Position numbers and translations under genes: made by a program
The notes under the pieces: model-generated
Database searches by the model: none
Seen by the model: only the letters and a program-made list of their open reading frames with translations
What the model was told of the DNA's origin: nothing
Assembly: GCF_009914755.1 (NCBI RefSeq)
Contig: NC_060939.1
Strand: one strand, 5' to 3'
DNA from: the human T2T-CHM13v2.0 reference genome, Homo sapiens
Length of the DNA stretch: 64,000 nucleotides
In this document: positions 50,013 to 64,000 of the stretch, piece by piece
How the letters are laid out: every line of letters starts with the position of its first letter
How positions within the stretch are numbered: the stretch's first letter is position 1

Positions 50013-51382
50013 GCCTCTGGTCTTGATACCTGACCAAGGTAATGGAGAATTGGATCCGCCAGCTCATGTGCTGTTGCTTAAGTGGAAGGGAATGTGCAAA
50101 TTATGTCCTGCTATTCTAAGTGAAAGGACTTGCCCAAGGTCATGCAACAAGTTGGCAATGTAATATTTTAAAACTGGACGAGATGTTGAAAACATGGTAA
50201 AGTTAGCACTAGAGCTTAATTAACTGGAGTATGAGTTAGGGAACATTTGGCTATGCTGATGTCTACTACTGAAGGGAAAGGAGGTGGAGGTCAAGGTCAG
50301 GTGTGTATGGAGCAGGTGGGGGTGGCAGTGGCAGGGCATTCACGTGGCTCTACTATGTCGGCACCATCATCAGGCCCTGTCCCTTTGAAGTCCGGGAGAT
50401 GCCACTAGGCCCAGTGCAACTTGGATGATATTTAATGGCCAAGAGCAGAGACTTCTGGGACCTGACTTTTCCTGCTCTCCACTTTACTTTAGCTCTGGGC
50501 TTCAAAGGGACTATTGGCTGGGAGTGGTGAAAGTTTAGTGGATAATCCTGCTGAAGAATTTTGGAAGGCCTTGAGGAAGGAATTAAAAATAACAGTAAGC
50601 ATGCCTTTTCTTTCTCTTTGATTGTGGTCAGTGCATGGAATGTGCCAGGGCCGCTGCGGAGCAAGCACGTGGCCCCGAATAACCCCTCCCTGCCAACGGA
50701 ATTCTGCAGAGAACATGTAAGGGCTGTGCTGTTTCACTCCTGCTTTGGGCTCTCAGGGTTTGTTTCCGCGATCATCCAAACCTCATCCTCCTTCTCTTGC
50801 CCCAGATAATTTATTGGAAGTCTGGAGAGGGACTTGAGTTCTCTCAACTCTCCAACCAGACTGTTGCTGTGGGCGAGGCCATGTCGGGTGAGCTCCAAGG
50901 AGAGCAGTTGGAATGACAGAGAGGAACGGTTTCAGCCTGAGAAATGTGAAATATAAATTCAAACCAAACTTGGCACCTGTTTGGAGAGCTTCAGCTGATA
51001 CTACAGTGCCCCTGTCGTTAGCCTTTGTGGCTCAGCTGGGTCTTATAAATAGAACACGATGCATTTCCCCTTTTGCTACCCCACAGACACGCGGAGGCAT
51101 GTGTGGGGGTGGCATGGACAGAGAGTATTCATTACTTATGCTCCAGTGCATCAGATAGTCATCGTGGGAACTGAGCCCTGGTGTCATGGGGATGACTAGG
51201 CCATCTTGTGGGTAAGGCTGGAAGCGGCTTTTGAGTCTCCTGAGTTACAGCTCTTCTTACCCTTGCCAGCCTCCCTTCCCCAGCTGAGGCCCTCAGTCCT
51301 TCATGCCTGTGTGCCGCAGTAAGCCAGTTGGCCCCTTCCGTCGTGAGTCCATCCCACATTCTGTATCGGAGCCCAGCATTGC

Positions 51383-51720
51383 TGTATCAGGATGCTTTTG
51401 GCCAAAAGTGACTTGAAACCCAACAAATAGCTTCAATCATAAGAGGGCTTATTACTTCCACTAAGAAGGCTAGAAGCAGGAAAGTCAGGCATCAGAAGGT
51501 CTCAGGAGCCTTACATCTTTCCTCCTGGCCATATTCTCTTCAAGCTTGTCTCCTGTTGGTCCAAGGGTGGCCACAACTGTTGCAGATATTACCGTCTATA
51601 AACGTTGCATCCAAGGGCAGAAAAGGGCTCCTATTCCTTGGGGGTCTCTTTAGGAAGAAAACCTTCCCCGGGAGCCTCCTGGTATCTTGTTGGTCAGTAT
51701 TGTATCACATGCAGTCAATG
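51383..51720 (-). mobile_element. MaLR LTR fragment (MLT1-like)
   Basis: tgtatcaggatgcttttggcc…aaacccaac…tagctt; caagggtggccacaac…; cttgttggtcagtattgtatcacatg. Confidence 0.6.
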
Positions 51721-51825
51721 ACAGAAATAATGGACCCTCAGAAGCCTCTCGAGGTCAAGGGCCCAGGCTATTCCTTTGACTCATCAGGGTGATTAGTATG
51801 GAGGTAGGTGCTTAGTAAATTTTAT

Positions 51826-51905
51826 TTGGGTTAGTGCAAAAGTAATGGCAGTTTTTGCCATTGAAAATAATGGCAAAAACTGCCATTACTTAGGCACCAA
51901 CTTAC
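51826..51905. mobile_element. MADE1 (Mariner-derived 80-bp MITE)
   Basis: TTGGGTTAGTGCAAAAGTAATGGCAGTTTTTGCCATT-GAAAAT-AATGGCAAAAACTGCCATTACTTAGGCACCAACTTA matches the MADE1 architecture. Confidence 0.93.
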
Positions 51906-53849
51906 TGATTAATGTTTGTTGGTTGCTGGTTTCCTTCGCTAAGTGAGACTCCTGAACACTTACTGATGATGTCTTGCTGACTTCTGAGGACATGATGGTA
52001 AGTCTGCCCTCATGGAGCTTGCAGTCAGGTGGAGAGATAGTGCTATAATTGTGTTTGGAGTATCTCCTGAGTAGATTGTGGCAGTCTGGTAGCTTTGGAA
52101 GAGGTGTTAAATTGAGGCCCAAGGAGACAAAAGGACCTGAGAAACAGAGCAGGGGGACTGTCTGGGCCTCTGAATGCCATGCCCAGGGCCACACATTTTG
52201 TGATGCAAGCCAGGTTGTTTCAGGTTTCAAGCAGTTGCGATTTCTGTCTCCACCCCTCCACCAGTCTTATTTTCCTGTTGACAAAATGATAACAACTTGC
52301 CCTAGGGTTTGAAGTGGGGGCAGGGCACAGCGCTGAGAGCCTCCTCCCTCAGGGGAAATTTTCTAAAGTTTCTCACTGTGTTCTAGCTTCAAAACCATAT
52401 GCAGTTTAATTGCATGTTTAGTATCTTTGTGCATCTCTCTTGTTTTGAATCTGCTGGAAACTTTCTCTGAAAGCATATATATAGGAAGACATAAAAATTC
52501 TATAAATGTTTAGTGGTTAAAAACAAAGTCCTGTCCAAATTATATAAAGTTTTGCCGTCGTCGGACGGAACTTTCTGCAGATAGGGAATACCCTTGAGTC
52601 TTCAGTCGCAAAGAGCTAATCACTAACTTCAAGTGTGCAAGTGCCCTTTCATTCCAATTCAGAGAAAACAGAGCCTGTCCCAAGGCCTCGTGTTTTGTTT
52701 TCCTATTGATCTAGGAGCTGGGATAACTTGGAACCCCAGGGAACATCTCAGAGTTAATTAGTTTTTTGAGGTCTTCTTGTTTTTCTTGCTTGATTAAAAG
52801 AGTTACAGTTTTTGCTCTGATTGTTTAAAAAAAGAATCTATCACTGCTACTGATCCAAGAGGTGAGGGTTGGCATGGGGTGGGCACTCCAGTAAATACGT
52901 AAGTTGTCTTCCTGCCGTCTTGTCCTGGTGGAGCAGAGAGAGGTGCCTTTGAGCATGGGCCTGGAACCAACAGCTACTTTCCTGGAAAATTCTTCAGTTT
53001 CCAGAAGCAGTGGCCAGGTGAGCCGGGGCATGAAACCAGACGAAGTTGCCGCAGTGCGAGGCTGGTTCTGTTTGCCTCAGTTCTGAAGTTAATGGTCCAA
53101 GTTCACCACTCATAGAGCGTCAGCCTGTTGGGGAGACGGAGGCCCTGACGGCCATGCCAGGGTGCCCCCAACCCTTTGTTTAACCACGGCTGTGGACCAG
53201 TGGTCTCAGATGTTTACCATCGCCTGTTTATAAGAGGGAAGTGTGGTCATATTTCTATCTCTCTTGTGGGCTGCACGGTTGCCTTACTGGGGTTCATGTG
53301 GGAAGTGGTTACCGTTAGGAGGAGGATGAAATAACAGTACTCACAAAAAGGCTTTGATCCAGGGATCTTTTTAAATGTCATCTTTTGGCCACTGTGTTTT
53401 TTTATTTTTATTTTTTGCTATCTGCTTTAACTTCAACGATGAGAAAATCAAACCATATGCTGGACATCATTCTGCCCAGCTGGGCTGAGTCAGAATTGCA
53501 GTTCAAACTACTTCTGCTCTCCCTGGGTTTCGTGTGCTTTCAATGTGGGGATATCTTCCAGATCTGCAGTTCTCCAGAGCTAGGGACCCCTCAGCTCCAG
53601 CTGCTCTCTGGACAATACCTGAACATCCCTACAATATCTGAAATTGAATGTTTGCCATTTCTTCTTCTTTCTCCTCACACAACCTACTCTGATGTTCATG
53701 ATTACTGGAGCCCCCAGGTTCTAAAAAGTGTTGAATTAGCAAGTGAACAAATAAAATGAGACCCAAAGAAACTGTGATCTTAGCATCCTGTTTTCTGGGT
53801 GAGGTTGAGGGTCCTTGGCCTCTCTTGCTGGTGGAGATGGGCTTTATGA

Positions 53850-54276
<427 letters not shown>

Positions 54277-55519
54277 AGTCTCAGATTTTCATGATAGCCC
54301 TCTGAACTCTCCTTGGCTTCTTGCCTTTGGCTGTTTTCTCAATGCATATATTTTCCTGGGGGACAAATCTAAGTTTTCATCTGATGCTCTGCCTTCAGAG
54401 GGGAACCATTCCTTAATGACCTATTTAATTGTATTATCATTGTTGTTTAATTCATCACATATTTACTGAGCTTCTTTTGTTGGTGGTGGTGCCATCAGAC
54501 ACAGTGGTCCAGGAGCTGCAATGCGTTGCTGATGAGGATGGTCACACATAGCTCTGCCCTCATGGAGCGTCCCAGGGTGAAATGAGACCTCCCCTGAGAA
54601 CCGACTCCCAGGGTAGGGGAAATCAGTCTGCAGGCAAAGAGGAATTCAAATTTAGCCTGAAGCACAGGTTTTCTGTGCTTCTAGGCACCGGCTGCATTCC
54701 AACCGTAGTGCCATAAAAATACAGGAAGGAAGGGAAACGTGTTCACAGGTTGGTTAGAGATGTGGAAACCAACAATCAGCTCTCTCTTATCCGTAAGAAA
54801 CTAGAATCTACTGCTGGCTTCAGTCCCTCAGACCTGCTGCTCAACAGAGTGCCCTTTCAAACCTGGGTTAGACTCTGTGCTAATGGCTTTTTTCATGAAC
54901 CTCAGACAGCCGGAAAGTATATTCTTTGAGGATTATGATCGACTAGGATGCTCGGGAATCTTTAAAGAGAAGCACTATCTTGGCTATATTTGCCCTCAGT
55001 TGTTTTAAGGCCAGTGAGGAGACTGAGCATTTCAGAGGTGAAGCATTTAGAGGATGGCCTCTGAAAGCATACGGCTCAGTAAACAACTGACCCATCCTTT
55101 GTCACCGTTTTTGTCCAGCGGCTGTCACCATAGGGGCTCCTCTGGTGTGGAGGAGAGAGAATTAGAGGCAGCAGGCCTGGGTTCTAGGTCTGCCTCATTG
55201 TGAACCAGCTTCAGGACCTTGGGTGAGTCACTTTTCTGCCCTGGCCCCTGGCTTCCTCTTCTATAAACTGAAGGTGTTGGCTTAGCAGGATTTTAAAGTT
55301 TCTTCCACCTTAAAAACTCTGATTCCTGCACTTGCATTCAAAGAAATGACTCTATTACTCATTTGAATAGTTTCAGAATCACTGTATAGTCAACTCTGGA
55401 CTAGAAATGGGGGCCTGCAGTTGAGGACAGGATGGAAAGAGGTTTGGGGTTCAGGGTGGGCTGTGAGGGCTAGGATTCTTGATTCCTCATGATTTGCAAT
55501 TGGTTGTTGGTGTTACCAT

Positions 55520-55680
55520 GGAAGGTTCTCAACCATGGCTGCTTTTAAAAATTTTGATGCTCAGACCACCCCTGGAGACCAGTGAATTTCAAATTTCTAC
55601 AGGCCGGCCTGGGGAAATCCATGTTTTTTAACTTTCCTAGGTGATTCCGGTATGTGGCCGGGATTGAGAATCACAGCCAT
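55520..55680. mobile_element. MER5-like hAT fragment
   Basis: gttctcaaccatggctg…ttttaactttcctaggtgattc…gattgagaatca. Confidence 0.65.
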
Positions 55681-55763
55681 AGATGCTTATGTAAAGCTGT
55701 GTTCAGTGTTACAGGCATCTGTTCTGGGTGGAAAGTGATAGTGGTTGGTCAAAAAAAAAGCGT

Positions 55764-55764
<1 letters not shown>

Positions 55765-55803
<39 letters not shown>

Positions 55804-55804
55804 A
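55765..55804. repeat. (CA)n microsatellite
   Basis: Direct reading. Confidence 0.95.
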
Positions 55805-56649
55805 GAGAACAGCTCTAGGTTCTGGAAGTGTGTTGATTTGGTCACCACAAGTGCTGGTGGTGAGTAGTTGCCCTGAGGTTTGGAGTTCCAGTTCCCTCCT
55901 ATCTCTGGGTCAGTGGTTTCTCAACATCTTTGAAGTAGTGAAACCATCTGTAGTTGGTTATTTCTGCTCAGAAACTCACAGTACAAAGTGGGGGGTGGTG
56001 CAGGGGGGTGGAGCTGGAATGGATTAAACAGGCCCTTACAAATGCCCACACTTTTTTCATGAAACTAAGTTAGAGGCCTTAGCCAACTCCAGCATACCTT
56101 AGTGTCAGTTCTTTGGCATTGCCCCGGTGGATTCTAGGGGCTGTGAAGGCTGTAGGGGTGTGTGTTACTCCCTGCTGCTTTGGTGAGAGAGTGTCCCTGT
56201 CTTTGGCTGAGAGCATCCTGTCCTGCCACTTCATCAGCAGTAGCATCTAAACAGCCCTTGAAGGGAATCAGTATCTACAGCCTAAGAAATCTGATGGGAC
56301 ACATCTCTCTGCATTAAAATATTAACAGAAAAGGTCAAACTGGGAAGGGGCAGCTAAGTTGGAATATCTCATTCAGGTAAAGGGATGGGCTTGTGGATCC
56401 TTAATTGGTGTGAAATGCGCCCTAGGAGGGGAGACTATATCAGTGCTGAAAGCCCTTGAGGGCTTTCACAGATGAAGGGGGATGGTATGAGAAGCTTTAC
56501 AAATAACAAGGTTTGAGATGCAGTTGTAGACACATGCCAGATGTAGGTTGCTATTTTCTCAGCTCAATGAGGAATCTGTCAAGGCACTCTTAGAAATGGA
56601 AAATATAGTTCCTGCCCTCAGGAACTATAGTGTCACGTGATAGCAGTGA

Positions 56650-57084
<435 letters not shown>

Positions 57085-58545
57085 TCTTCTCCTTTCTAAC
57101 GTGATGTCAGTGTCTCTGGGAAGCAGCCTTAGTTGGCACCTCACTGGCAGCAAGAATGACTTCATGTTCTTGCTCCCATGAAAATTCTCTGCTTTCAGGA
57201 ATACACTTTCCTCTAGGTTTTTTCTTTGTCTGCAAGTGGGGGGGTGTTCTTTGCCAGATCCCTGCTTTGATGATTACCATCTGCCCACCTGAGTTTCCTG
57301 CATAGTTTCAGTTGGAAACTCTTTTCTCTTTGGACCCTAAGATACCGTGTAATAGGATTGTTCTTGGTTTCAGTAGGCACCTGGCACCCTCTCAGCTGTG
57401 GCTGCATTTCAGGTATGGATGGGAGTGATTATCTGTGCATCAGAAAACTCAAGATTGTCATGTGAGCAAGTTGTGTGATCATCAGTAAATGCAGAGCTGG
57501 CTTTGTTAGGCCCTGGTTGTGGCCAAGGCTTTCCTTTCCCGGCGGGTGATTATTCCAGATTTCATGGTCACTAGCTGAGTGTAATCAGGAGCAGATAAGA
57601 AAGCCCTGTATAGAGCAAAGTATGCATTTCTTAAGGTGGTGGGGGAGGTGGCAGAGGCATTATATAGACGTGTGTGTTTGTGCATGTGTTTAAAAAAAGA
57701 CTTATATTTTCTGGGCAGCAGAACTTAAGTTTCCAGTAAACATCTCCTCCCTTTTTACTTTACCTTTTAATTTTGTGTTTATGGTCTCTGTGCTTTGAAA
57801 TTGTTTTTGCTGTGATGCCAGCCCTGCCTGAAATGGGTGGAGCAAGCCAAGCCCTTTGGAAGCCATGGTTTAGATCAGAGTTCTTGTACTGACATGGCCC
57901 AGCTGATTGACAGCTCAGATGTGATCACTCCGTCTCAACTAGAAGAATAAAAATAAAAACCTTGAGCTGGAGCGGAGAGGGGTCACACATTTGTTAGTTT
58001 ATCCCCTACTCTCACCTTTATCGCAGGAGGAGTGATAAAGTGCTGCTGTGTGTAATTCTGGTCTGGGGTTGGTTTTCTGTAGTCCCAAACCTGGGACTAA
58101 TTCTCCCTGGAGCCCGTGGCCCAGAAGATGGGTGCACAGTAGGGTTACTTGATGCTAAACGGCTTTCCCGATAGACTTGGGATCTCACTGTTCTTGTCTT
58201 AGCTTTACTTGTTGGGTTGGAGGAGGTGAGGTGGGTGGGCAGGGGCCTAGGGAAGCCCACTATAGAAACACTGGGACAGAGAATCCAGCCCAGGCTAGGT
58301 GAGAGCATCTGCCAGTGTGAAAACACGTGGAAGCGGGGGAGGCAGGCGAGAAAAGCTGTGGGAGAAAACCTCACAAATGCAGCAAAGCTGCCCAGGGCCC
58401 AAGCGGTGGGGCGGTAGCGAGGGAAACACAGTGGTGTTTGGCTGCTGCTTCACACCACTTTTAGTTCAGCGCTGCTAGGAAGGCTATTTCAGAATGCTCC
58501 CGAGTGGGAGGGGGCAGCTGCTCTAGGGTGGGAAGGGGATGCTAA

Positions 58546-58916
<371 letters not shown>

Positions 58917-61694
58917 TCAGAAGGAAGGTCCCTCAGCACCCTGGCCCACACAGTTCCAGGGAGACCCCAAATAAAGCATTTGCACAAACAGTCCTGAGTG
59001 GAGCACACCTAGCCGCCTTCTCTTGCAAAGTGGGCCTTTAAAAAAGGGGTGTATGGCTGCTTAGTTCTGAAGAGGCCAGGCTAGGAGACCCCAGAGGGAC
59101 ACCCAGAAATCCCAGATATACCTCCTCCATCTGCTCTGCCTGCCAGATGACCCTTGCTACTTTACTGTTTTTTCTTTGAGCCTCTTGGTGATCTTGAATA
59201 GCAGAAAAATGAGCCAAATTTCCTTCAATCTATGCCAGTCTTCGTCCTCAGCCTCCCGGTGGGGTGATGAGTCACACCAGTGGGAAAGTGCACTGTATAC
59301 TTGGTCATGTGCAGAGCACCTTCCCATTGGTTTATCTTTACAACTGCCCTGGGTGGAGACATGGCAAGGTGGTCCTATCCCTATTTTGCAGGTGATCAGG
59401 CACAACTTACAGTTAGCGCAGGAACAGGGACTGAGGCCAGCCCTCAGTTCTTTGACAGAGTTCTTTGTCTACACTGTGTTGCCTCAGAAAAAAATGCCCA
59501 TGGGGAGTGTGTGTGCGTGGGCATGTGTGCTCTCCTCGTGTCCCTCAGAAAAGAATGAATTCTTTTCCAACTGATGTCACTGGGAAAGGGGGACACCACT
59601 ACTTTCCTGCGTACTGCACTTTACAGTTTACAAAGCACTTTCCCACACGTCATTTCGTTTCATCTCCCTGACAGTCCCTGGAAGTGGGTGCTAGTCTGGA
59701 TGAGCAGGCGCAGACTTGGAGAGGCTGAGGGACTTGGCCCAGGGCATATAGCTAGGAAGCGGCCAGGCAGTAAGTGGGTAGCACCACTGCATGTTGGGGG
59801 TGGGGAAGCATGAGCTGGATGGAGCATTCGGTGGTCTAACCAGTGGCCAGCAGTAGTGTTGGGGTTTGCTGCCCTCACCTCTGAAGCCACACAGGCTCCT
59901 GCTTCCTGAGGTCACCCTCTCCTGGAGGGCTGCCCCCGCATGGGAGTGTGGACAAGTGTGCACGAGGGGGAGGCACACCCAGGCCGAGTGGAACACCACC
60001 CTAAGGGGGTGGTGACAGGTGGCACTGGGAGTGGCTGGAGTCGGGGTTCACCTTACTCAGGGTCAGGGCTTCCCATTTTGCAGGACTGAGAGGTGGACTC
60101 TGAAGGAATGCAGTGCTTAGAATCTTGGTGCCTCTCCTGGGGTGGTGGGAAGAGCAGGGAGTCTCGAGTCCGATTTTGCCAAAAATCCCAACTTTCCTGC
60201 TGAGTAGCTCATGAGACAGGCATTTCACCTCTCTGAACTTCAACTTGGGGGTACTCAGATTTCCTTCAGAGGCTGTGAAAGAGTCCCCTGCCACAAGTTA
60301 CTCCTCTGTTCAGAAGTGACTTGACTGATCATCTAGCCCAACCCCATCATTGACAGCTGGGGGAAACTGAGCTCCTGAGCGGGGCAGTGACTTGCGCAAG
60401 TCATTTGTTGGGAAGAATGGGGCAGGATGATGATGATGTCCACTTCTTGGGGACGATGGGGCAGGGTGGTAAACACTTCTCAATGCTTGCTTATGGGCTC
60501 TGATGTGAACCACTCACTATAGGCTGAATCCTGGTTTTCCAAGTGTTTAGAGGCTGAGCTGTTGTCCCCTGGGATTTTGGAAGGTAGACTCACATTTCAC
60601 TGAAAGCCCTAGATGCTTCTCCTTACTGCAGTTCCCCTCCCCAGCACTCCCATCTCCCTGTTTTCTGGGGATTTAAATCAGCTTTGACTTGGGTCTGAAA
60701 GTAACCCGTGACAGCAGTAAGCCTCTCGATCTGTTGTTTGCAGTGTTTCAGCTAAAATATTATAAACAGACCACCAAACTGTGTTTGGTCCAAGGCCAAG
60801 CCCCTCCCTCCCTACTTGAACACTTGATTACCTGCTGCAGGGTTGCGTCTTGAGCTCCGAGGAGGAAACTGTTTATTTCAGGGCTGTTAGAGTGCAGTGC
60901 AGGAATCCAGGAGAATTTATTGTATTGTTACCATCTGGTTTCATGGAGTCTGTTTCTTTTGATTTTAATTGTGCCCTCTGGAGAGAAAGATCCTCGAAAT
61001 GGTGGAAAAAGAAGATACCACCTTCCTCCCTGCCCTGCCCATGCCCTGGCACACACATTGCTATGGTGCATGGTGGGCATGGCTGAACCAAGTCCCCTTA
61101 TTCTTTGAACATCTTTGCGTATTATTCCTGCTCCCCCAGCCGTCTCCAGGCCCCAGTCTCCTCTGGAGGGATTTCCCAGATGGCTTCCAGGCCAGAGCCT
61201 GACAGGAGAGATAGGACCTGCCTCCACGGTAACAAATGGCTGAAGGCGGTTTGGGGTGTTGCCAGTAGCCTGCCCTTCCGCAGTGGCTAAGGATCCGGTG
61301 TTGCGGTGATACATGATGTGACCTCTTCAACCAGTGAGTCACTCACCCCCAGATAACCACCCGGTACTTTCAGGGGAAACCGTTGTATCATTGTGGCTGT
61401 GGCCATGGTTTCTCCAAAATAAGGTGTTTTTAGAAATGAAAGTACAGGGATTGGTTTCCTTAGATTCATTGTCATGGATTCATAGTTCCCCAACCTTTTT
61501 CACGTAAAGACTCACCTCTGTTTCCTCTTAAATTGTACATTTGGTGTCTGTTTTATATATTAATAATAACTGACACTCTTCTAAAGTTTTTTGGGGAAAG
61601 AAAACATAAGTTTACCAAGCTCTCAATTCTAGAAGGTAATAGCCTTCTAGAATTGTCCATTTGCATAAGCATTTTTATGCTTATTGCTGTAATC

Positions 61695-62170
61695 AGTGTG
61701 TCAGTCAAACGGGAAGGAGGAACTACATCAGGTATTTAGCACAAAGGGAATTTAATACGGGACCTTGGTTACACAGGTGATAAAGCAGCTGAGAAGCCAC
61801 AATGGGAAGGTGAGGTGACCCAGAACTTGGAGGAAGCCGCTGCCTTTAGGCTGGAGGGACAAAGGGAACAGGTGGTGTTCCCAGAGCCCAGGGTTGGGGT
61901 CACCAGTGGGCCTGTCTAGAGCAGTTGCAGCTGCTTCTAAAATTGCCGACCCAAGGTAGAAAAGGAGAGAGGGGAGAAACACTGTGGCCTCTCCCTCCCT
62001 CCTACCCACTACTTGCTGTGAGAGCCTCCTATTATTTAAACCCTGCTGGAGGCCTCCTGATCTGGAGCCTGGAAAGTCAGGGCTCAGCCCCAGGGAGGAC
62101 ACAGCAGAGCACAGGAAGATGAGGGATGGATCAGAGGGCAAACTGGACTTGGACCAGCACAGGGTGCAAG
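61695..62170. mobile_element. Ancient LTR fragment (family uncertain)
   Basis: tgtgtcagtc…gggaatttaatacgggac…ttggttacacaggtgat… is typical of old mammalian LTR ends. Confidence 0.5.
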
Positions 62171-62308
62171 CCTGATGCTCTAATTTTATATTTTATCAGC
62201 ATTTTCTTATATGTGGCTTTCATAATTACACATATTTTATCAAGTAGATGAACCGCATTTAACCATTCCCCAGCTGTTAGGTGAACACTTTAAATTACTA
62301 TAAATCAG

Positions 62309-62492
62309 CAGTTCTCAAAGTGTGGCCCTGGGCCAGCAGCGTCAGCATCACCAGGGAACTTACTAGGAATGCAGAGTCTCAGGCCCCGCCCCCAGGCCTC
62401 TTGGATCAGAAACCCTGAGGGCGGTCCCAGCAGTCTGAATTTTGTACACTCTCCGAGGGCTGCTGATGTGCATTTGAGCTTGACAATCATGA
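62309..62492. mobile_element. MER5A
   Basis: cagttctcaaagtgtggccc…cagcatcaccagggaactt…ggaatgcagagtctcaggccccgcccc…atcagaaac. Confidence 0.85.
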
Positions 62493-64000
62493 TTATAGGC
62501 AATGATGCACCGTGTGGAAGCTGGGGGCAGGATACTGAGGAGGGTGCTGGGGGTAGGAGTGGTGGAGGGAGTTTGTCCAGGGGAATGTGGTGTAGCGGAA
62601 AAGGCACAGGACTGGTAGGGCTGTGCCCCTTTAGGCCCAAGCCTGCCCTTGCTCTTAACCTCTTAATGGGTTTCTTCTTTCTTCTGTTAAACAGCTAAAA
62701 ATATCAAATCATGGGGTTGCTGTGACGGTTAAATGTAATAACAGGCACGATGTTCCATATATGTTGGGTCTTCTGGAGCTTTGGGGAAGGAGGTGTGGCA
62801 ATAACAGCCAGCTTCTGCATCATGGAAAATGGCCCCCATGCCCATCCCTGAGTTGTGTGGTCTGAAAATCAATGATGAACACTTAGGAGGCTTGTAGCCT
62901 GCTTTGAGTCAACAGGAAGACTGGACTTGAGAGTTTGGAATCTATAGTCTAACTTCCCTTCCTCACCCTGTCTTTGTAAATGGTGCTCATCTAACCCTAC
63001 AGTTACTATCTTTTCACTCATGTCTAGCCACTTGTTAGAGGGGAAGGAACCCTGGTGTCAGGACAGGACTCCTGGCTCCCTGAGCTTGCTGTGTATTCCG
63101 GGGCATATCCTTAACCTCTCTGAGATGTACTTTTCTTATCTGTAAAACCTCTATGTTGATGCAAATCAGGTGCGATGATGGACGCAAAAACTGCCTTGAA
63201 CACCTTAGCGGGCCTGTGAATATAAAGCCTTCAGGATCCACACCTCTGCCAGGGCCCACACCAGCCTCGCCACCTCGGTGAGCCTCTCATTCCACTGCCA
63301 GTGCAGGGGTGCATAATCAGGATTTGCCAGTGGAGGTAGGAAGGGTGGCTGGATTGTGACTGTCACGCTCCTGGCATCAGATGATACTGGTAGCAAGCTA
63401 GGGTCGTCTGTGCACTTTGCTCTCTCTCAGTCTTCCCAGCAGCCCTGTCAAGCGGGGAGTCTAGCAAGAAGTGGCCAAGGCGCAGATCATTTAAGAGGAA
63501 GGATGTGAGCAAACTGGATCCCAAGGGGACAGACAGAGGCCCACTTTGCCTCAGAGTCCAGAGAGCTGCTGCTGCTAAGAAGGGAAAGAGGAACTGGGTC
63601 GGGGTGCCTGCTGACTTGCAGCGCTGTGTTGGCATGCGAGGTAGCACTGGTTGGGAGGCGGTTACCTGAAGGAAGCAAAGGCAGCTGGTGGTTCCTATCT
63701 TCTTGCCTCTGGCAGCACCTAAAAGAAGCCTCTTGGGCCAATGAGAGGATGGACTGTCCCCCACCTGCAGAGTTCTGTGAAGTGGTGCGGACGTCTTTGT
63801 TGATCTCATTTGGTGCCTCCCCCTGTTGATGGCTGAGGAAGCCAAGGCTCTGAGAAGGCACATGGTTTACCCGAGGGGACACAGGCAAGGAATCTGAACC
63901 CGGATTGCATTTTCTGTTTTAGGGCTCTTTGTGTGACCACGGTGCTTCCCAGGCCCACACTTCCAGTGTTCCAGGCCCTTGACCACCAATCCTGTGGAGG

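Overview
Mammalian genomic DNA that is almost certainly human (AluY/S/J, MIR, L1, L2). The window holds the 5' end of SMAD3: about 35 kb of upstream sequence, a large CpG-island promoter (about 34.0-37.2 kb), the first coding exon (ATG 36050, donor after 36255, encoding the N-terminal part of the MH1 domain) and about 28 kb of intron 1. It is the only credible protein-coding sequence; the other ORFs come from GC-rich, Alu or tandem-repeat sequence. I found no new multi-gene system. The observations most worth a second look are: a ~66-bp mitochondrial 16S rRNA fragment captured inside an Alu; a near-perfect 21-bp-stem hairpin upstream of the promoter; a MADE1 (miR-548-type) hairpin with matching changes in both arms; a head-to-head L2 palindrome whose mismatches favour G:U pairs on the minus strand; an unexplained 69-bp dispersed duplication; splice-signal-defined exons of a divergent (minus-strand) lncRNA; a MIR-derived upstream donor that could give an MH1-less SMAD3; mutually exclusive pairing motifs in the 5'UTR; an orphan CpG island next to a G-rich VNTR; and strong AP-1 motif enrichment in intron 1. 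Repeat boundaries and subfamilies were judged by eye and are approximate.
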